From assembly GCA_965230295.1 (NCBI GenBank), contig OZ246001.1, forward strand, positions 256,001 through 320,000: a DNA stretch of 64,000 bases, in the 5' to 3' direction. The stretch's first letter is position 1; every line of letters starts with the position of its first letter. This DNA comes from Marinicella sp. (GTDB taxonomy: Bacteria > Pseudomonadota > Gammaproteobacteria > Xanthomonadales > Marinicellaceae). Below are positions 31,300 to 42,439 of the stretch, one piece after another. The position numbers and the translations under genes were made by a program. Below the pieces are notes generated by a model, which did not search any database, was not told where the DNA came from, and was given only the letters and a program-made list of their open reading frames with translations.

Positions 31300-31826
31300 T
31301 CAAACTTCATAAATATAAAGCCCCATCAATTCATCTTCGCCGTTGAACCTAAGCTCCTTGTAAATGCGCTCCGTTTTGAACTGCAGCGGATTCAGTTCAC
31401 TCATTTGCATGTCGCGATCAATCACATAAGAAACCACAATAGACAAGTCAGCTTCCTCTGTATTTTTTTCGAATTGCTCTACCCTGAATTCTAGGGCCTG
31501 TTAGCACTCAATGAGTGACGACTGTTATGACTGAAAACATCACAATCAAGGCGCGAATCGCGTGATTTGGTGTGCCAATTGAGTGATGAGCAACGCAGGG
31601 TGTGGTGTTTTCAGCCTTAACCCATCGGGCTGGACCGTATTTTCCACCCAACAACGCACCAATCGTTCATGTGGGATGACCACATATCACGATTGGTGCG
31701 TTGTTGGCTGAAAAATACGGTTTCAGCAGTGGTCACTCATTGAGTACTAACAGGCCCAAGTATCGTGTTGTTTTCAATCTGTTCAATTGCAGTTTTGGCT
31801 TGCTCCAACATGTCTTTAATTTTCAT
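31300..31826 (-). pseudogene. 86-aa hypothetical protein gene disrupted by a MITE
   Basis: Removing 31494-31757 plus a 2-bp duplication joins MKIKDMLEQAKTAIEQIENNTI in frame to LEFRVEQFEK...RIYKELRF...GLYIYEV-stop. Confidence 0.8.
31494..31757. mobile_element. MITE, 264 bp, about 30-bp terminal inverted repeats
   Basis: GGGCCTGTTAGCACTCAATGAGTGACGACTG / CAGTGGTCACTCATTGAGTACTAACAGGCCC; long internal hairpins; no transposase. Confidence 0.88.
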
Positions 31827-31909
31827 CAACTATCTCACTACTCTATAAGTCACAACTTAAGATATAAAGGCCTGATGATTAAATTAAAAGGGCGAAGTCT
31901 AAAAGTCCC

Positions 31910-33091
31910 TTAACTTCCAGCCTGTTTCAGCAACCAAGATTTGATGGGTTTGATCTGATTCAAACCATTCATACCCAAGGCCCGCAATTTTTTAATCGGT
32001 GCCGATTGGTTGGTGAACAAGTGATGTAGTGCGTGCATGGTTTCTGATGTTTTGTATACCTCGGCCTTTCTGGTCCGTTGGTATTTTTTCAGGGCACTGG
32101 CCAACTCTTCACTTTTCTTTAAGTTGATTGTAGATAATTTTTCTGCCAAACATTCAGCGTCACCAAAACCTAAATTGACGCCTTGGCCTGCCAATGGATG
32201 GATGGTATGGGCTGCATCGCCCACCAACACCACACGACCTTGATAATAATCATTGGCATAAGATTTAACCAATGGGAAAGCTTGACGGTCACTGCGTAAC
32301 CTGATGTCACCAAAGTTGCGATTGATGTGAACCTTCAGGCCATTGATGAACTTATTTTCATCGGCGTTTAGCCAAGCCTGCACTTCATTTTCGGGTAAGC
32401 TCCAAACCATGGAAAACAAACCGCCATTCATGGGTAACAGTCCCACAGGCCCACCCGCATTGAAGGCTTGTAAGGCAGTTTTTTCTGGTGCATTTTCAAT
32501 ATCTAAATAACACACCAAACCGCGTTGATCGTAAGGTTTCTGCTGGGTGCTTATGCCTAAATCCGTTCTTACCTTCGATCTGGCCCCATCAGCACCAACC
32601 AATAAACTGGCTTGCAAATCGCTGCCATCATTCAACACCACTTTAACTTTGCGTTCATTGTGTTCAAATGCATCTATGGTGGCATCGAAAAAGAGGTCTA
32701 TTTGAGGGTGTTCAACACATTTTTTCTGGGCAGCTGCGATGATTTGATTGTTTTCAGTCATGGCACCCAGTATTTTTTCACTGCCACTGTTGAAATCAAT
32801 TGTTCCGGTTGAATGGTTGTCCCAGACCACCATGTTGTTATAGTAGCCCATGCGTTCGTGACACAAAAACTGACCCATACCCAATCGATTGAACAAATCT
32901 AAATTGTGTTTAGAGATGGCAGAAACCCGCAACTGACGTGTCTCATCAGAATCGTATTCGGTTTGCGGGTTGGCTTCTATCACGGCTATGGAAAAAACCT
33001 GGTCTGTCACTTGATCTGTCAATAACAAAGCAGTGACAGCTCCGACCATGCCGGCCCCATTGATGATCACATCATATTGTTTCATAGCCAT
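31910..33091 (-). CDS. UbiI/VisC-like FAD-dependent hydroxylase (ubiquinone synthesis)
   Basis: GAGMVG, RVSAIS, GADGARS, GDAAHTIHPLAGQGVNLG; follows ubiH. Confidence 0.85.
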   Translation of the reverse strand: MAMKQYDVIINGAGMVGAVTALLLTDQVTDQVFSIAVIEANPQTEYDSDETRQLRVSAISKHNLDLFNRLGMGQFLCHERMGYYNNMVVWDNHSTGTIDFNSGSEKILGAMTENNQIIAAAQKKCVEHPQIDLFFDATIDAFEHNERKVKVVLNDGSDLQASLLVGADGARSKVRTDLGISTQQKPYDQRGLVCYLDIENAPEKTALQAFNAGGPVGLLPMNGGLFSMVWSLPENEVQAWLNADENKFINGLKVHINRNFGDIRLRSDRQAFPLVKSYANDYYQGRVVLVGDAAHTIHPLAGQGVNLGFGDAECLAEKLSTINLKKSEELASALKKYQRTRKAEVYKTSETMHALHHLFTNQSAPIKKLRALGMNGLNQIKPIKSWLLKQAGS

Positions 33092-33115
33092 TCCTGATTA
33101 ATTGGCGGCAACTGT

Positions 33116-34318
33116 TCATTTCAACCCACCTGCTGTCTCATACAACGATCTTTTTAATGACAAACTGGCGTTGATGGCGACCAAACCCATCGACCTGATG
33201 GCATTGACTGCTGGCTCATCGATTTTGAACCAGGTCATTAAATCATCAGTGTAGTTCAAGGTTCTCTGCTGATCCTCATCTGACGCTTGTTGATAGGCCT
33301 GCAGTACCTCCTCAATACCTAAATCTATGCCTTGCTGATGTTTGTCAGCCAACAATTCACTGAGTCTTTTGATTCCTCTGACCGCTAAATTTAAGCCTTG
33401 TGCGGATACCGGACTGACGGCGTGTGCGGCATTACCCATCAACACCACTCGAGAAGCAAACTGAATTGGAACCTTGATTTGGTATAAAGGGTAGCTACTG
33501 CGCCTGCCAATTCTTTGGAACTGTCCGGCACGGTGGCCAAACTGTTGTTGTGCTTGTAGCATGAAGTTGGCATCATCTACAGCCATCAGTGCTTCTGCTT
33601 TGTCAGTGGCCATTGACCAAACAAACCCGAACCGGTTGTGAAATGGCAACAAGGCCATTGGCCCTTCTTGGGTAAGCCGTTCAAAAGCCCGGTTGCCATG
33701 ATTTTGGCTGGTTTGGATGTTACAAATGATCGCAGTGCGTTCATACGACTTGACTGATGTGGCCAATTGCAAATTTTTTCTGATGTGAGAAGTCACACCA
33801 TCGGCTGCCACCATCAGCTGTGCATTGACATGGATTGTTTGCTGCCCTTGTTCGACAATGAGATTTACATGAGAAGCCTGTTGTTCAAAAGTCAATAACC
33901 TGGCGGGTTGCAGGTAATGAATCAAGGATTCATTCCTGACCTTCTGCAGCAGCACTTGTGCCAATGACTTGGCCGCAATGACGTGACCCAATTGTGGTAC
34001 ACCCAATTCATCCTTAGTGAAGTTCACCACACCAAATTGGCCTTGATTAGACACATGCACATGATGAATTCCAGTGGTCAATGGTTCAATCTCTTCCCAC
34101 AAGTCCAGTGCTTGCCAAAATTGCATGGCTGCAGGGTTGATGACCAATGTACGGTCATCAAAACTGGCATGCTCATCTTCTGGCATCTCGTTGGCTTCAA
34201 GCAAAACCGAAGGAATGCCCTTTTGTGATAAAGACAAAGCCAGCGCCATGCCCACCAACCCACCACCAACAATCGCAACATGGCTGGTCAATTCCGTTTT
34301 TGAGGGTGTTTCAGCCAT
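33116..34318 (-). CDS. ubiH: 2-octaprenyl-6-methoxyphenol hydroxylase
   Basis: [38 protein letters not shown]. Confidence 0.82.
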   Translation of the reverse strand: MAETPSKTELTSHVAIVGGGLVGMALALSLSQKGIPSVLLEANEMPEDEHASFDDRTLVINPAAMQFWQALDLWEEIEPLTTGIHHVHVSNQGQFGVVNFTKDELGVPQLGHVIAAKSLAQVLLQKVRNESLIHYLQPARLLTFEQQASHVNLIVEQGQQTIHVNAQLMVAADGVTSHIRKNLQLATSVKSYERTAIICNIQTSQNHGNRAFERLTQEGPMALLPFHNRFGFVWSMATDKAEALMAVDDANFMLQAQQQFGHRAGQFQRIGRRSSYPLYQIKVPIQFASRVVLMGNAAHAVSPVSAQGLNLAVRGIKRLSELLADKHQQGIDLGIEEVLQAYQQASDEDQQRTLNYTDDLMTWFKIDEPAVNAIRSMGLVAINASLSLKRSLYETAGGLK

Positions 34319-35783
34319 TGCCTTGTTTGGCGAGGTCGCTCCTTTGAATGCCTATTTTTTCAAAATACTCTTCGCCCACATCAGTGACGTATTCATTAGA
34401 AAAACAGGATGAGTCAAATCGATCAATTTTGGGATTTCCCTCTAGACAAGAGGATTCCAGATCTTCCAAAGTCTGGTAAATCAAACCGTCGGCACCAAGG
34501 ATGTTACAAATTTCATCTTCAGTGCGGTTGTGTGCCACCAATTCTTCAGCCACTGGCATGTCTATGCCATAAACATTGGGGAACCTGACTGGTGGTGCGG
34601 CTGAAGCAAAAAACACTTTTTTAGCCCCGGCTTCCCTGGCCATTTGTATGATTTGTTTTGAAGTGGTTCCTCTGACTATGGAGTCATCAATCAACAACAC
34701 GTTTTTGTTGCGAAATTCCAACTCCACCGCATTCAATTTTCGCCTGACTGATTTAACCCGTTGCTCTTGGCCTGGCATGATGAAAGTGCGTCCAATGTAA
34801 CGGTTTTTGATGAACCCTTCACGGAATTTGACCCCTAATGAATAGGCCATTGGAATGGCACTGGTCCGAGATGATTCAGGAATGGGGATCACCACATCAA
34901 TGTCTTCATCAGCCCAACGTTCTTTGATCCGTTCAGCCAACTTTTCACCCATCCGCAATCGGGCTTTATAAACAGAAACATCATCTATCATTGAATCTGG
35001 ACGGGCAAAATAGACAAACTCAAACACACAGGGTGACAGCTGGGTCTTCTCAGCACATTGTTGTTTATACATTTTACGGTCATTGGTCATGATGATGGCT
35101 TCACCCGGTGCCACATCACCCAGCAAATCGAAATCATGTTGGTCCAAAGCAATGCTCTCAGAAGCCACCATGTATTCATCTGGCGCATCGTTGGTTTTTC
35201 GCACCCCGTAAACCAACGGCCTGATGCCGTTAGGATCACGAAATGCCACAATACCATAACCGGGAATGATCAACACATTGGCATAGGCTCCTTTACATCG
35301 TTTGTGTACCCGAGAAACCGCATGGAATACCGCTTCTGGAGTGATCACCAGTCCTGATGCATTTTGTAATTCATGAGCAAACACATTCAACAGCACTTCA
35401 GAATCAGAATGGGTGTTGATGTGACGGCGGTCTTCTGCAAACAGTTCTTTTTTTAACTGTTCAGCATTGTGTAAATTGCCATTGTGGGCCAACGCAATGC
35501 CAAAGGGCGAGTTGACATAAAATGGTTGAGCTTCTTCATAATTGCTTGAGCCTGCCGTTGGGTATCGAACATGGCCTATGCCAGATAAGCCTTTGAGTTT
35601 TTTGGCACTTTTGGATCTGAACACATCACTGACCAGTCCATTGTTCTTGACCAATTCTAACTTGCCTTCTTCACAGGTCGCTATACCTGCCGCATCTTGT
35701 CCACGGTGTTGCAAGATGGTTAAACATTCATATATTGTTGATGCCACATCGTGGTTGGCAATCATGCCTACTATTCCGCACAT
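34311..35783 (-). CDS. purF: Amidophosphoribosyltransferase
   Basis: N-terminal [30 protein letters not shown]. Confidence 0.98.
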   Translation of the reverse strand: MCGIVGMIANHDVASTIYECLTILQHRGQDAAGIATCEEGKLELVKNNGLVSDVFRSKSAKKLKGLSGIGHVRYPTAGSSNYEEAQPFYVNSPFGIALAHNGNLHNAEQLKKELFAEDRRHINTHSDSEVLLNVFAHELQNASGLVITPEAVFHAVSRVHKRCKGAYANVLIIPGYGIVAFRDPNGIRPLVYGVRKTNDAPDEYMVASESIALDQHDFDLLGDVAPGEAIIMTNDRKMYKQQCAEKTQLSPCVFEFVYFARPDSMIDDVSVYKARLRMGEKLAERIKERWADEDIDVVIPIPESSRTSAIPMAYSLGVKFREGFIKNRYIGRTFIMPGQEQRVKSVRRKLNAVELEFRNKNVLLIDDSIVRGTTSKQIIQMAREAGAKKVFFASAAPPVRFPNVYGIDMPVAEELVAHNRTEDEICNILGADGLIYQTLEDLESSCLEGNPKIDRFDSSCFSNEYVTDVGEEYFEKIGIQRSDLAKQGNG

Positions 35784-36445
35784 TACAGTCCAGGGTCCGA
35801 TTCAGGTTGTTGTTTATCTGCTTCATCTTCAGCAGGAGGGTCACCCGCTTGGGGTGTTTGATCATCAGCCGCAGTGTTGGTGTCTTCTGCATTGATTGAT
35901 AACGCATTTTTCAAAGCCGGATTCAGGGTCTCCTGAAGCGTTTCCGGTTCAATGAAAGAAAAATATTCAGCCAAATCTTCTGGCATTTGTTCTTTGACCC
36001 AATTGGCCAGCTTTGAGAACTGTGGTGTCAGTTTTGACTCAGTCCACCATGGGTCTTTTGAAAAAGGTGTGGCTTGTAAAAACAGCACCAATAAAGTCAC
36101 GGCAAGAATACCCCGACCCAACCCAAAAAACACGCCAAAAAAACGGTCAGTGGCACCCAGGCCAGTTTTGGTGATCATCTTGCCAACCAGGAAATTGATC
36201 AAACCGCCGACAATCAATGCCGCCAAAAACAAAGCCACAAAGGCCAACAAATGTCTGGCTGAAGGCAGTTCAATGAATGCCTGAAGCCAATCAGCGCCTT
36301 GATCGACAAAAGTCCAAGCCAACCAAAAAGCCCCGACCCATATCAACAATGACAACACTTCACGTATCAGACCACGAAATAAACTGACAATGACTGACAA
36401 AGCCAGGATTGACAAAATGGTGAGGTCAAACCAATTCATGGTCAA
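35783..36445 (-). CDS. cvpA: CvpA family membrane protein
   Basis: [24 protein letters not shown]; dedD-cvpA-purF order. Confidence 0.92.
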   Translation of the reverse strand: MTMNWFDLTILSILALSVIVSLFRGLIREVLSLLIWVGAFWLAWTFVDQGADWLQAFIELPSARHLLAFVALFLAALIVGGLINFLVGKMITKTGLGATDRFFGVFFGLGRGILAVTLLVLFLQATPFSKDPWWTESKLTPQFSKLANWVKEQMPEDLAEYFSFIEPETLQETLNPALKNALSINAEDTNTAADDQTPQAGDPPAEDEADKQQPESDPGL

Positions 36446-37470
36446 TTCACTATTTGGCTCAACTCATGATTTTTAATCAAACCATCCAACTTCAACTTAC
36501 GCTTGATGTCCAGTTGCGCTTGTTCAGCGTCTGCTTTTTCCATCAATGGTCCGATGCGCAATCGATACAACTGTACACCTTTGCTGTTGGTGATGACATC
36601 AACAAAGCCATTGAATCCAGCTGCTTTGACTTTATTGCGTAACTCAATGGCGTTGTTCTTCGCTGAGAAACTGCCTAGCTGAACCACCCAACCCATTTGT
36701 CCCTGGCTGGCCATTTGTGCCACCTCTTGAGGCTTCAGAGTCACCACCTTCGGTGTACCAATGTTGAGCTTTTGTTGGTTGACTGCATTGACATAGTCAT
36801 TGGCTTTGGTCTGATCCTGGTATAAATCCTGGGACCAGACTCGGTAGATTTTCAGTCCAGGGTTGTATTCAACAATTGCTTTGATGTTTTTCTGTAACAA
36901 CGAACTTTTGACCCGCTCAGCATTGGCTTGCTGAGAGAAACTACCCAATTTAACCCTGAAGACTTGATTCACTCCACCTACTGGGCGGCTTCTTTCAACC
37001 ACCGGAACTCTGGTTTCTCTGGGCTCTGGTTTGCTCACCACGGGTTCTGGCACTTCAGCCACTGGCTGTTCCACCACTTGCTCTTGTGGTCTCGTGGCTG
37101 GCTTTTGCACAACGGGCTCTTCAGTGCTTATGCTTACCACTGGTTTGTTTTCTTCCACTTCAGTCGGTGTTGTTTGTTGTGGTATTTGAGTCACCGGGTT
37201 GGCTTGATCTTTTTCTACCAAAATGGGTTGACTTTCATTGATCACCAGTTCGACATCACCAGGCGGTAACTCTTTGGTTTCGACCACAGGTTTATCCAAC
37301 TCAAACTTTTTCACTTCCAGGTTGTTTTCACCAGCTTCTGGTATATTGATGCTGATGTTCTGGTTGTTCTTTTGCTGCACTTCACCATCAAAAAGCATCG
37401 GCACAAAGATGATTGCCAAGGCAATAATGACAGCTGCACCAATGAGTCTTTGCTTTAATTCTTGATCCAT
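36442..37470 (-). CDS. dedD: DedD-like cell division protein with two SPOR domains
   Basis: LKQRLIGA TM anchor; VKLGSFS and WVVQLGSFS SPOR repeats. Confidence 0.85.
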   Translation of the reverse strand: MDQELKQRLIGAAVIIALAIIFVPMLFDGEVQQKNNQNISINIPEAGENNLEVKKFELDKPVVETKELPPGDVELVINESQPILVEKDQANPVTQIPQQTTPTEVEENKPVVSISTEEPVVQKPATRPQEQVVEQPVAEVPEPVVSKPEPRETRVPVVERSRPVGGVNQVFRVKLGSFSQQANAERVKSSLLQKNIKAIVEYNPGLKIYRVWSQDLYQDQTKANDYVNAVNQQKLNIGTPKVVTLKPQEVAQMASQGQMGWVVQLGSFSAKNNAIELRNKVKAAGFNGFVDVITNSKGVQLYRLRIGPLMEKADAEQAQLDIKRKLKLDGLIKNHELSQIVN

Positions 37471-37483
37471 TTATTCACCAAAT

Positions 37484-38752
37484 TTATTGAGCATCTAAAA
37501 AAGAAATTAACGCAGATTCTGACAATTGTTGCTGACCGAAATTCCTGTCTTGCAAAGCCTTGATCGAGTAGACCTGTTGAGCCATTTCTTCTTCACCGAT
37601 TATTATAGCGAATTTAGCGCCCGATTTATCGGCTTTTTTAAACTGTGACTTGAACGAAGCTTGTCCCATGTTTACCATCATTTTTAAATTCGGCAAGGCA
37701 TCGCGTAATCGCTCTGAAAACTGCATGATGGCATCGTTTGGAATGGATTTATCACGGATTAAATACACATCTGTCTGTGCTTCTGTTTGCCACAGGTTAT
37801 GGTCTAGTATCAACTCCACCAGTCGATCTATGCCCATTGCAAACCCTGTGGCAGGTGTTGGTTTTCCGCCTTGCATCTCAACCAAGCGATCATAACGCCC
37901 GCCAGCGCAGATCGTTCCTTGTGCACCCAAGTCATCTGTAATCCATTCAAACACATTGTGCGAATAGTAGTCCAACCCCCGAACTAATTTTGGATTCACT
38001 TGATAGGCCAAGCCACAGGCATCCAGAATGTCACACAAGCCTTTGAAATGTGCATTGGCTTCATCACTGAGGTAATCTTTAATCAAAGGTGCATTTTCAA
38101 TCACCACTTTCATGGCAGGGTTTTTAGAATCGAGAATCCTTAACGGATTGCTGTGCAACCTGTTTTTTGCTTCTGCATCCAACACATCTGCATGGGCTTC
38201 AAAATAGTCAATCAATACTTGTCGGTAAGCTGTTCGGCATTCAGGTGTACCCAGTGTATTCAACTCCAAACGTACATTCTTGATGCCCAGTTGTTGCCAC
38301 ATTTTGTGAGTCATCAAGAGCAGTTCTGCATCAACATCCGGACCCTCAAAGCCAAAAACTTCAGCACCCACCTGAGAAAACTGGCGATTGCGCCCTTTTT
38401 GAGGTTTTTCATAACGAAACATGGGGCAGCTGTAATACAATTTTTGTGGATCATTGAAAATCATGCCATTTTGCAAGACCATGCGTACAGTCGATGCAGT
38501 GCCCTCTGGCCGCATGCTGATGGATTCACCTTTGCGGGTTTCAAAAGTGAACATTTCTTTTTCTACCACATCAGTCACTTCACCAATGGCAGAATGAAAC
38601 AAGGCTGTTTTTTCTAATATGGGAAAGCGGATTTCCTGGTACCCATACTGTTGCAGTATGGATGTCACTGTATTTTCCAGTCGTTGCCACACCCAGACTT
38701 GATCTGGTGTGACATCGTACATGCCTCTAAGACGGGTAATTTTATTGCTCAA
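37484..38752 (-). CDS. hisS: Histidine--tRNA ligase (TTG start)
   Basis: RPEGTA, FRYEKPQKGR, LVRGLDYY, AGGRYD. Confidence 0.97.
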   Translation of the reverse strand: MSNKITRLRGMYDVTPDQVWVWQRLENTVTSILQQYGYQEIRFPILEKTALFHSAIGEVTDVVEKEMFTFETRKGESISMRPEGTASTVRMVLQNGMIFNDPQKLYYSCPMFRYEKPQKGRNRQFSQVGAEVFGFEGPDVDAELLLMTHKMWQQLGIKNVRLELNTLGTPECRTAYRQVLIDYFEAHADVLDAEAKNRLHSNPLRILDSKNPAMKVVIENAPLIKDYLSDEANAHFKGLCDILDACGLAYQVNPKLVRGLDYYSHNVFEWITDDLGAQGTICAGGRYDRLVEMQGGKPTPATGFAMGIDRLVELILDHNLWQTEAQTDVYLIRDKSIPNDAIMQFSERLRDALPNLKMMVNMGQASFKSQFKKADKSGAKFAIIIGEEEMAQQVYSIKALQDRNFGQQQLSESALISFLDAQ

Positions 38753-38847
38753 AATTCAGCCTTTGCAAAAATAGCGTATTTTATACGAGCCATGCAGTTA
38801 GATACAGCCCCAGATGAACTTGATTGATGTCATTTCAAGGCAGGGGC

Positions 38848-39786
38848 TCAGCTTGGGTTCATTGGCCATTCAAAATCAGCGATGTCACGCTTGATCAACT
38901 GGTTCAATTCCACTGGATCTTCATTGATCAATAGTTGTAATTTCTTGGCATTACCAATTCGGAAATGCAACGGTTTATCTGATTGGTATTCACGCAACCC
39001 CGGACCAATCAGATCGTGAACAATTTTATCCCCATCCAAGGTTTTTATTGAAACCCAGGCTTGCTCTTCCAGTTGCATCTTAATTGAATAGATGGCTGCC
39101 TGGTTTTTAGTGGGTTCAACGGCCGCAACAGTTAAGTCTGAATCTTCCGGTTCATTCGACTCTTGCTCAACTTCTTGTGGCGAATCTTCTGCAGATTCAT
39201 CTGCGCTATCATCCAATGAGTCTACATTGATCAGATCTTCATCGGGTGTTGAATTGGATAAATTGGGCCCCGTTACTTGAGGCAACAGTGATGAATAGGT
39301 GATTTTCTTGTCGGTACCCTGATCGTTTGACTCTAAAGCCAAATCAACCGGTGTATCAGAAAGGGAGCGTTTGGGTAATGACCATTTGTCCCAAATAAAA
39401 TAAAAACTCAAAGTCAGCATACCCAACAGAGCAGTCCCAACTGCATACCTGCCGAAGTGGTTTGATTGTCGTCTGACTTTAGCCAAAGGACTGGCGCCCA
39501 GTGCATCGGCAGTTTGTAAATCATGGTGTTGCAAATATTGTACTGGCACCAATGACAGGACTTCCTGTGGATCTACACCGATCACTTTACAGTAATTGGT
39601 AATGTGTCCACGTAAAAATGTCGGCGCACCTAATTTATCAAATTTGCCATCTTCGATGTAAAGAATAAAATCTCTGCTGACCTTCATGCCATCAGCCACA
39701 GTTTCAATTGTGAGTTTTTGCTTTTCTCGAATATTTTTCAGAGCTGATATCTCTGTGATTTCGGGATTATTGATTGATTTACTCAT
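38848..39786 (-). CDS. rodZ: Cytoskeleton protein RodZ
   Basis: N-terminal HTH (FLRGHITNYCK), single TM, C-terminal WVSI...IGNA domain. Confidence 0.85.
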   Translation of the reverse strand: MSKSINNPEITEISALKNIREKQKLTIETVADGMKVSRDFILYIEDGKFDKLGAPTFLRGHITNYCKVIGVDPQEVLSLVPVQYLQHHDLQTADALGASPLAKVRRQSNHFGRYAVGTALLGMLTLSFYFIWDKWSLPKRSLSDTPVDLALESNDQGTDKKITYSSLLPQVTGPNLSNSTPDEDLINVDSLDDSADESAEDSPQEVEQESNEPEDSDLTVAAVEPTKNQAAIYSIKMQLEEQAWVSIKTLDGDKIVHDLIGPGLREYQSDKPLHFRIGNAKKLQLLINEDPVELNQLIKRDIADFEWPMNPS

Positions 39787-39793
39787 TTTATTT

Positions 39794-40534
39794 TTATGAT
39801 TTTTTTAGTTTTTTCAATTGTGCTAAATATTGCTTTGCAGCACGCTCATTCCCCATCTTTTTCTCAACTTGATAAGCCACTTTTAAGACCCTTTCATCTA
39901 AAGCGGTTAGCCCCTCAAGTCTTTGTATGAATGCTCGGGCCTTCATACTCTCACCTTTTCCTGCTGTTACAATCACCATGTTGTATAACGAAATTGTTAA
40001 ATTGGGATTGCTAGACAATGCCGATCTGAAATGCTGCTCTGCTTCATCAAAGTTATCAGCTTTCATCAAACACACACCGATATTTTCATGCACGGTTTCC
40101 GGTGTTTTATAGAACGGATTTGCCAATGTTTTTTTGTAATAAATCACGGCTTCTTCAGGCTTGCCGGTCTGACACAAAAATGTGCCGTAGTTGTTTAATA
40201 TGGTTGGGTCATTCGGCGCATACCTGACTGACAGTTTGTAATGTCGCTCGGCATCCACTTTGGCATTCATGGCGCCGTAAACTGTGGCAATGGCTGAATG
40301 GGCAATGGCTAACTTGGGATTGTGGTTCAAAGCCCGTTTTAGTTTTTCCAATGCAGTGTCAAAGTCATTGCGCTCGAAATAAGCCACACCCATTTTTACA
40401 TTCAGCATGGCCGGACTGTTTTCTGGCTCAACTTGAGAGTCTGTGTCTTGGTAGCGCTTTGATCCGCCAGATGTTTGGGCACAGGCTGTCAGTAAAACAA
40501 ACACCCATCCAATAACCAAAGTCCTCAATATCAT
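39794..40534 (-). CDS. pilW: Type IV pilus biogenesis/stability TPR lipoprotein PilW (PilF)
   Basis: Lipobox LTAC, LNNYGTFLC; rlmN-pilW-rodZ synteny. Confidence 0.88.
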   Translation of the reverse strand: MILRTLVIGWVFVLLTACAQTSGGSKRYQDTDSQVEPENSPAMLNVKMGVAYFERNDFDTALEKLKRALNHNPKLAIAHSAIATVYGAMNAKVDAERHYKLSVRYAPNDPTILNNYGTFLCQTGKPEEAVIYYKKTLANPFYKTPETVHENIGVCLMKADNFDEAEQHFRSALSSNPNLTISLYNMVIVTAGKGESMKARAFIQRLEGLTALDERVLKVAYQVEKKMGNERAAKQYLAQLKKLKKS

Positions 40535-41631
40535 GCCACCACCTCTAATTGCATTTTTTTAATTTGTGCTGACCGTCTGGTCCGATCCATAAACTCACCT
40601 GCCAACTGACCGCATGCAGCAGCAATGTCATCACCTCTGGTTTTCCTGACCGTGGTGATGAAACCGTTTTTCATGCAAATTGATTTAAATCGCTCAATGG
40701 CTTCAGGCTTGGCTTGTTTAAAAGCTGTTCCAGAGAACGGGTTAAAAGGAATTAAGTTGATCTTACTTGGCATGTGGGCCAGAATTTTGCACAGGGCATG
40801 GGCATGTTCCGGTTTGTCATTCATGCCATCAATCAACGTATATTCAATGGTGATGCGAGCTTTGCGCTTGTCTTTAACGAAATTCTGGCAGGCATTCAAT
40901 AACGTTTTGATGTTGTATTTTTTATTCAATGGCACCAGTTGATTGCGCAATTCATCAAAAGGAGCATGCAATGAAATGGCTAACGATACATCAGCATCTT
41001 GGTTCAAACGATCGATATAAGGCACCAACCCCGCAGTACTGACAGTGACCCGCTTGTTGGCGAATCCAAAACCAAAATCATCTCGCATGATGTTTAAGGC
41101 CGGCAACACTTGGCTGTAGTTGGCTAAGGGTTCACCCATGCCCATCATCACCACATTGGTGATTTTACGATCCAGTTGTGTGTGGTTGAGTTGTTTGGCT
41201 GCCACCCAAACTTGAGCGATGATTTCGGCGGTGCTGAGGTGTCGATTGAAACCTTGGGCACCGGTGGCACAAAATGTACAGTTCAAGGTACAGCCCACTT
41301 GTGAGGACACGCAGAGCGTGCCACGGTTCTTTTCCGGGATGTACACCGTTTCAACGGCGTTGACATCATCGACTTTAAGTAACCACTTGATGGTACCGTC
41401 TTTGGAAACCTGCTCACTCAGTAATTCAGGAACAGTGGCCTGGTATTCTTCAGATAACTTCTGCCTCAGCACTTTGCTGAAATTACTGAAGGCAGAAAAG
41501 TCAAGTTGTTGCTCCCCATAAATCCATTTCATCGCTTGAGACGCCCGAAAACGTTGTTCCCCCATTTCGAGGAACAACGTCTCTAAACCTTGGCGGTCAT
41601 GGTTCAATAAATTGACGGGTGCATTTTTCAA
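40531..41631 (-). CDS. rlmN: 23S rRNA m2A2503 methyltransferase
   Basis: CTLNCTFC, MGMGEP, AACGQL. Confidence 0.96.
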   Translation of the reverse strand: MKNAPVNLLNHDRQGLETLFLEMGEQRFRASQAMKWIYGEQQLDFSAFSNFSKVLRQKLSEEYQATVPELLSEQVSKDGTIKWLLKVDDVNAVETVYIPEKNRGTLCVSSQVGCTLNCTFCATGAQGFNRHLSTAEIIAQVWVAAKQLNHTQLDRKITNVVMMGMGEPLANYSQVLPALNIMRDDFGFGFANKRVTVSTAGLVPYIDRLNQDADVSLAISLHAPFDELRNQLVPLNKKYNIKTLLNACQNFVKDKRKARITIEYTLIDGMNDKPEHAHALCKILAHMPSKINLIPFNPFSGTAFKQAKPEAIERFKSICMKNGFITTVRKTRGDDIAAACGQLAGEFMDRTRRSAQIKKMQLEVVA

Positions 41632-41638
41632 AATTTAT

Positions 41639-42058
41639 TTAACTCAGTTCAGTGGCTGAAAAAAAGTAGGCAATTTCAACCGCTGCAGTTTCTTCTGCAT
41701 CAGAACCGTGTACAGCATTGGCATCAATGCTTTCGGCGAAGTCAGCACGAATGGTTCCAGGTGCAGCTTCTTTGGGATTGGTAGCTCCCATGATGTCACG
41801 GTTTTGCTTGATGGCATCTTCACCTTCAAGAACTTGTATCATCACAGGACCTGAGGTCATGAATTCAACCAAATCGCCAAAGAAAGGTCTTTCTTTGTGC
41901 ACAGCATAAAAGCCTTCTGCCTCAGCCTGGCTTAAATGTTTCATCTTTGCAGCCACAATTTTCAGGCCTGCATTTTCGAATCTTTGGTAAATCTGACCGA
42001 TGACATTTTTAGCCACGGCATCAGGCTTAATTATTGATAAAGTTCTTTGTTTAGACAT
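41639..42058 (-). CDS. ndk: Nucleoside diphosphate kinase
   Basis: [22 protein letters not shown]. Confidence 0.98.
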   Translation of the reverse strand: MSKQRTLSIIKPDAVAKNVIGQIYQRFENAGLKIVAAKMKHLSQAEAEGFYAVHKERPFFGDLVEFMTSGPVMIQVLEGEDAIKQNRDIMGATNPKEAAPGTIRADFAESIDANAVHGSDAEETAAVEIAYFFSATELS

Positions 42059-42207
42059 TTTTTACTCCAAATTGGTACACAAATCAAGATTTTTCTTTTA
42101 AAATCTGTGATTTACGCCCTAAATTAAAAATATTATTTAACTTATGGTTGACTGATATTTTTGCCTACTGAGGCACATCCTTCATCCACCTTTAAAAAAA
42201 CCTGCGC

Positions 42208-42216
42208 ATTGTAACA
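42208..42216 (-). promoter_or_regulatory. Extended -10 promoter of ndk operon
   Basis: TG-T-TACAAT followed by GCGCAGG discriminator. Confidence 0.5.
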
Positions 42217-42363
42217 ATTTTAGCGATCAGATTAAACTCCAAAACCTTATTTAATCAGGGAGTTGTCACAGTCATGTCATTGTAGAATCGCACCTATTTT
42301 TAACCGATCATTTTTACTGTTTTGCGATACAGGTCACAAGTCACTGAATATCGCCAAATTGAA

Positions 42364-42410
42364 TTAAAACGAGCGTTTGAATTGATAACGTTTTGCACTT
42401 CAATTACAAT
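42364..42410 (+). promoter_or_regulatory. PsrA-type operator abutting a sigma70 promoter
   Basis: TTAAAACGAGCGTTTGAA (AAACG-NN-CGTTT) at 42364-42381, then TTGATA-17 bp-TACAAT. Confidence 0.7.
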
Positions 42411-42439
42411 GCCTGCACCTCATAAAATTCATCTATGAT

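Noticed and set aside
31501-31518. TTAGCACTC CIRCE half-site
   Set aside because: Part of the MITE terminal repeat; spacing and second half do not match CIRCE
31273-31913. Plus-strand ORFs 31273-31494 and 31701-31913
   Set aside because: Antisense to the MITE-split gene or derived from the MITE
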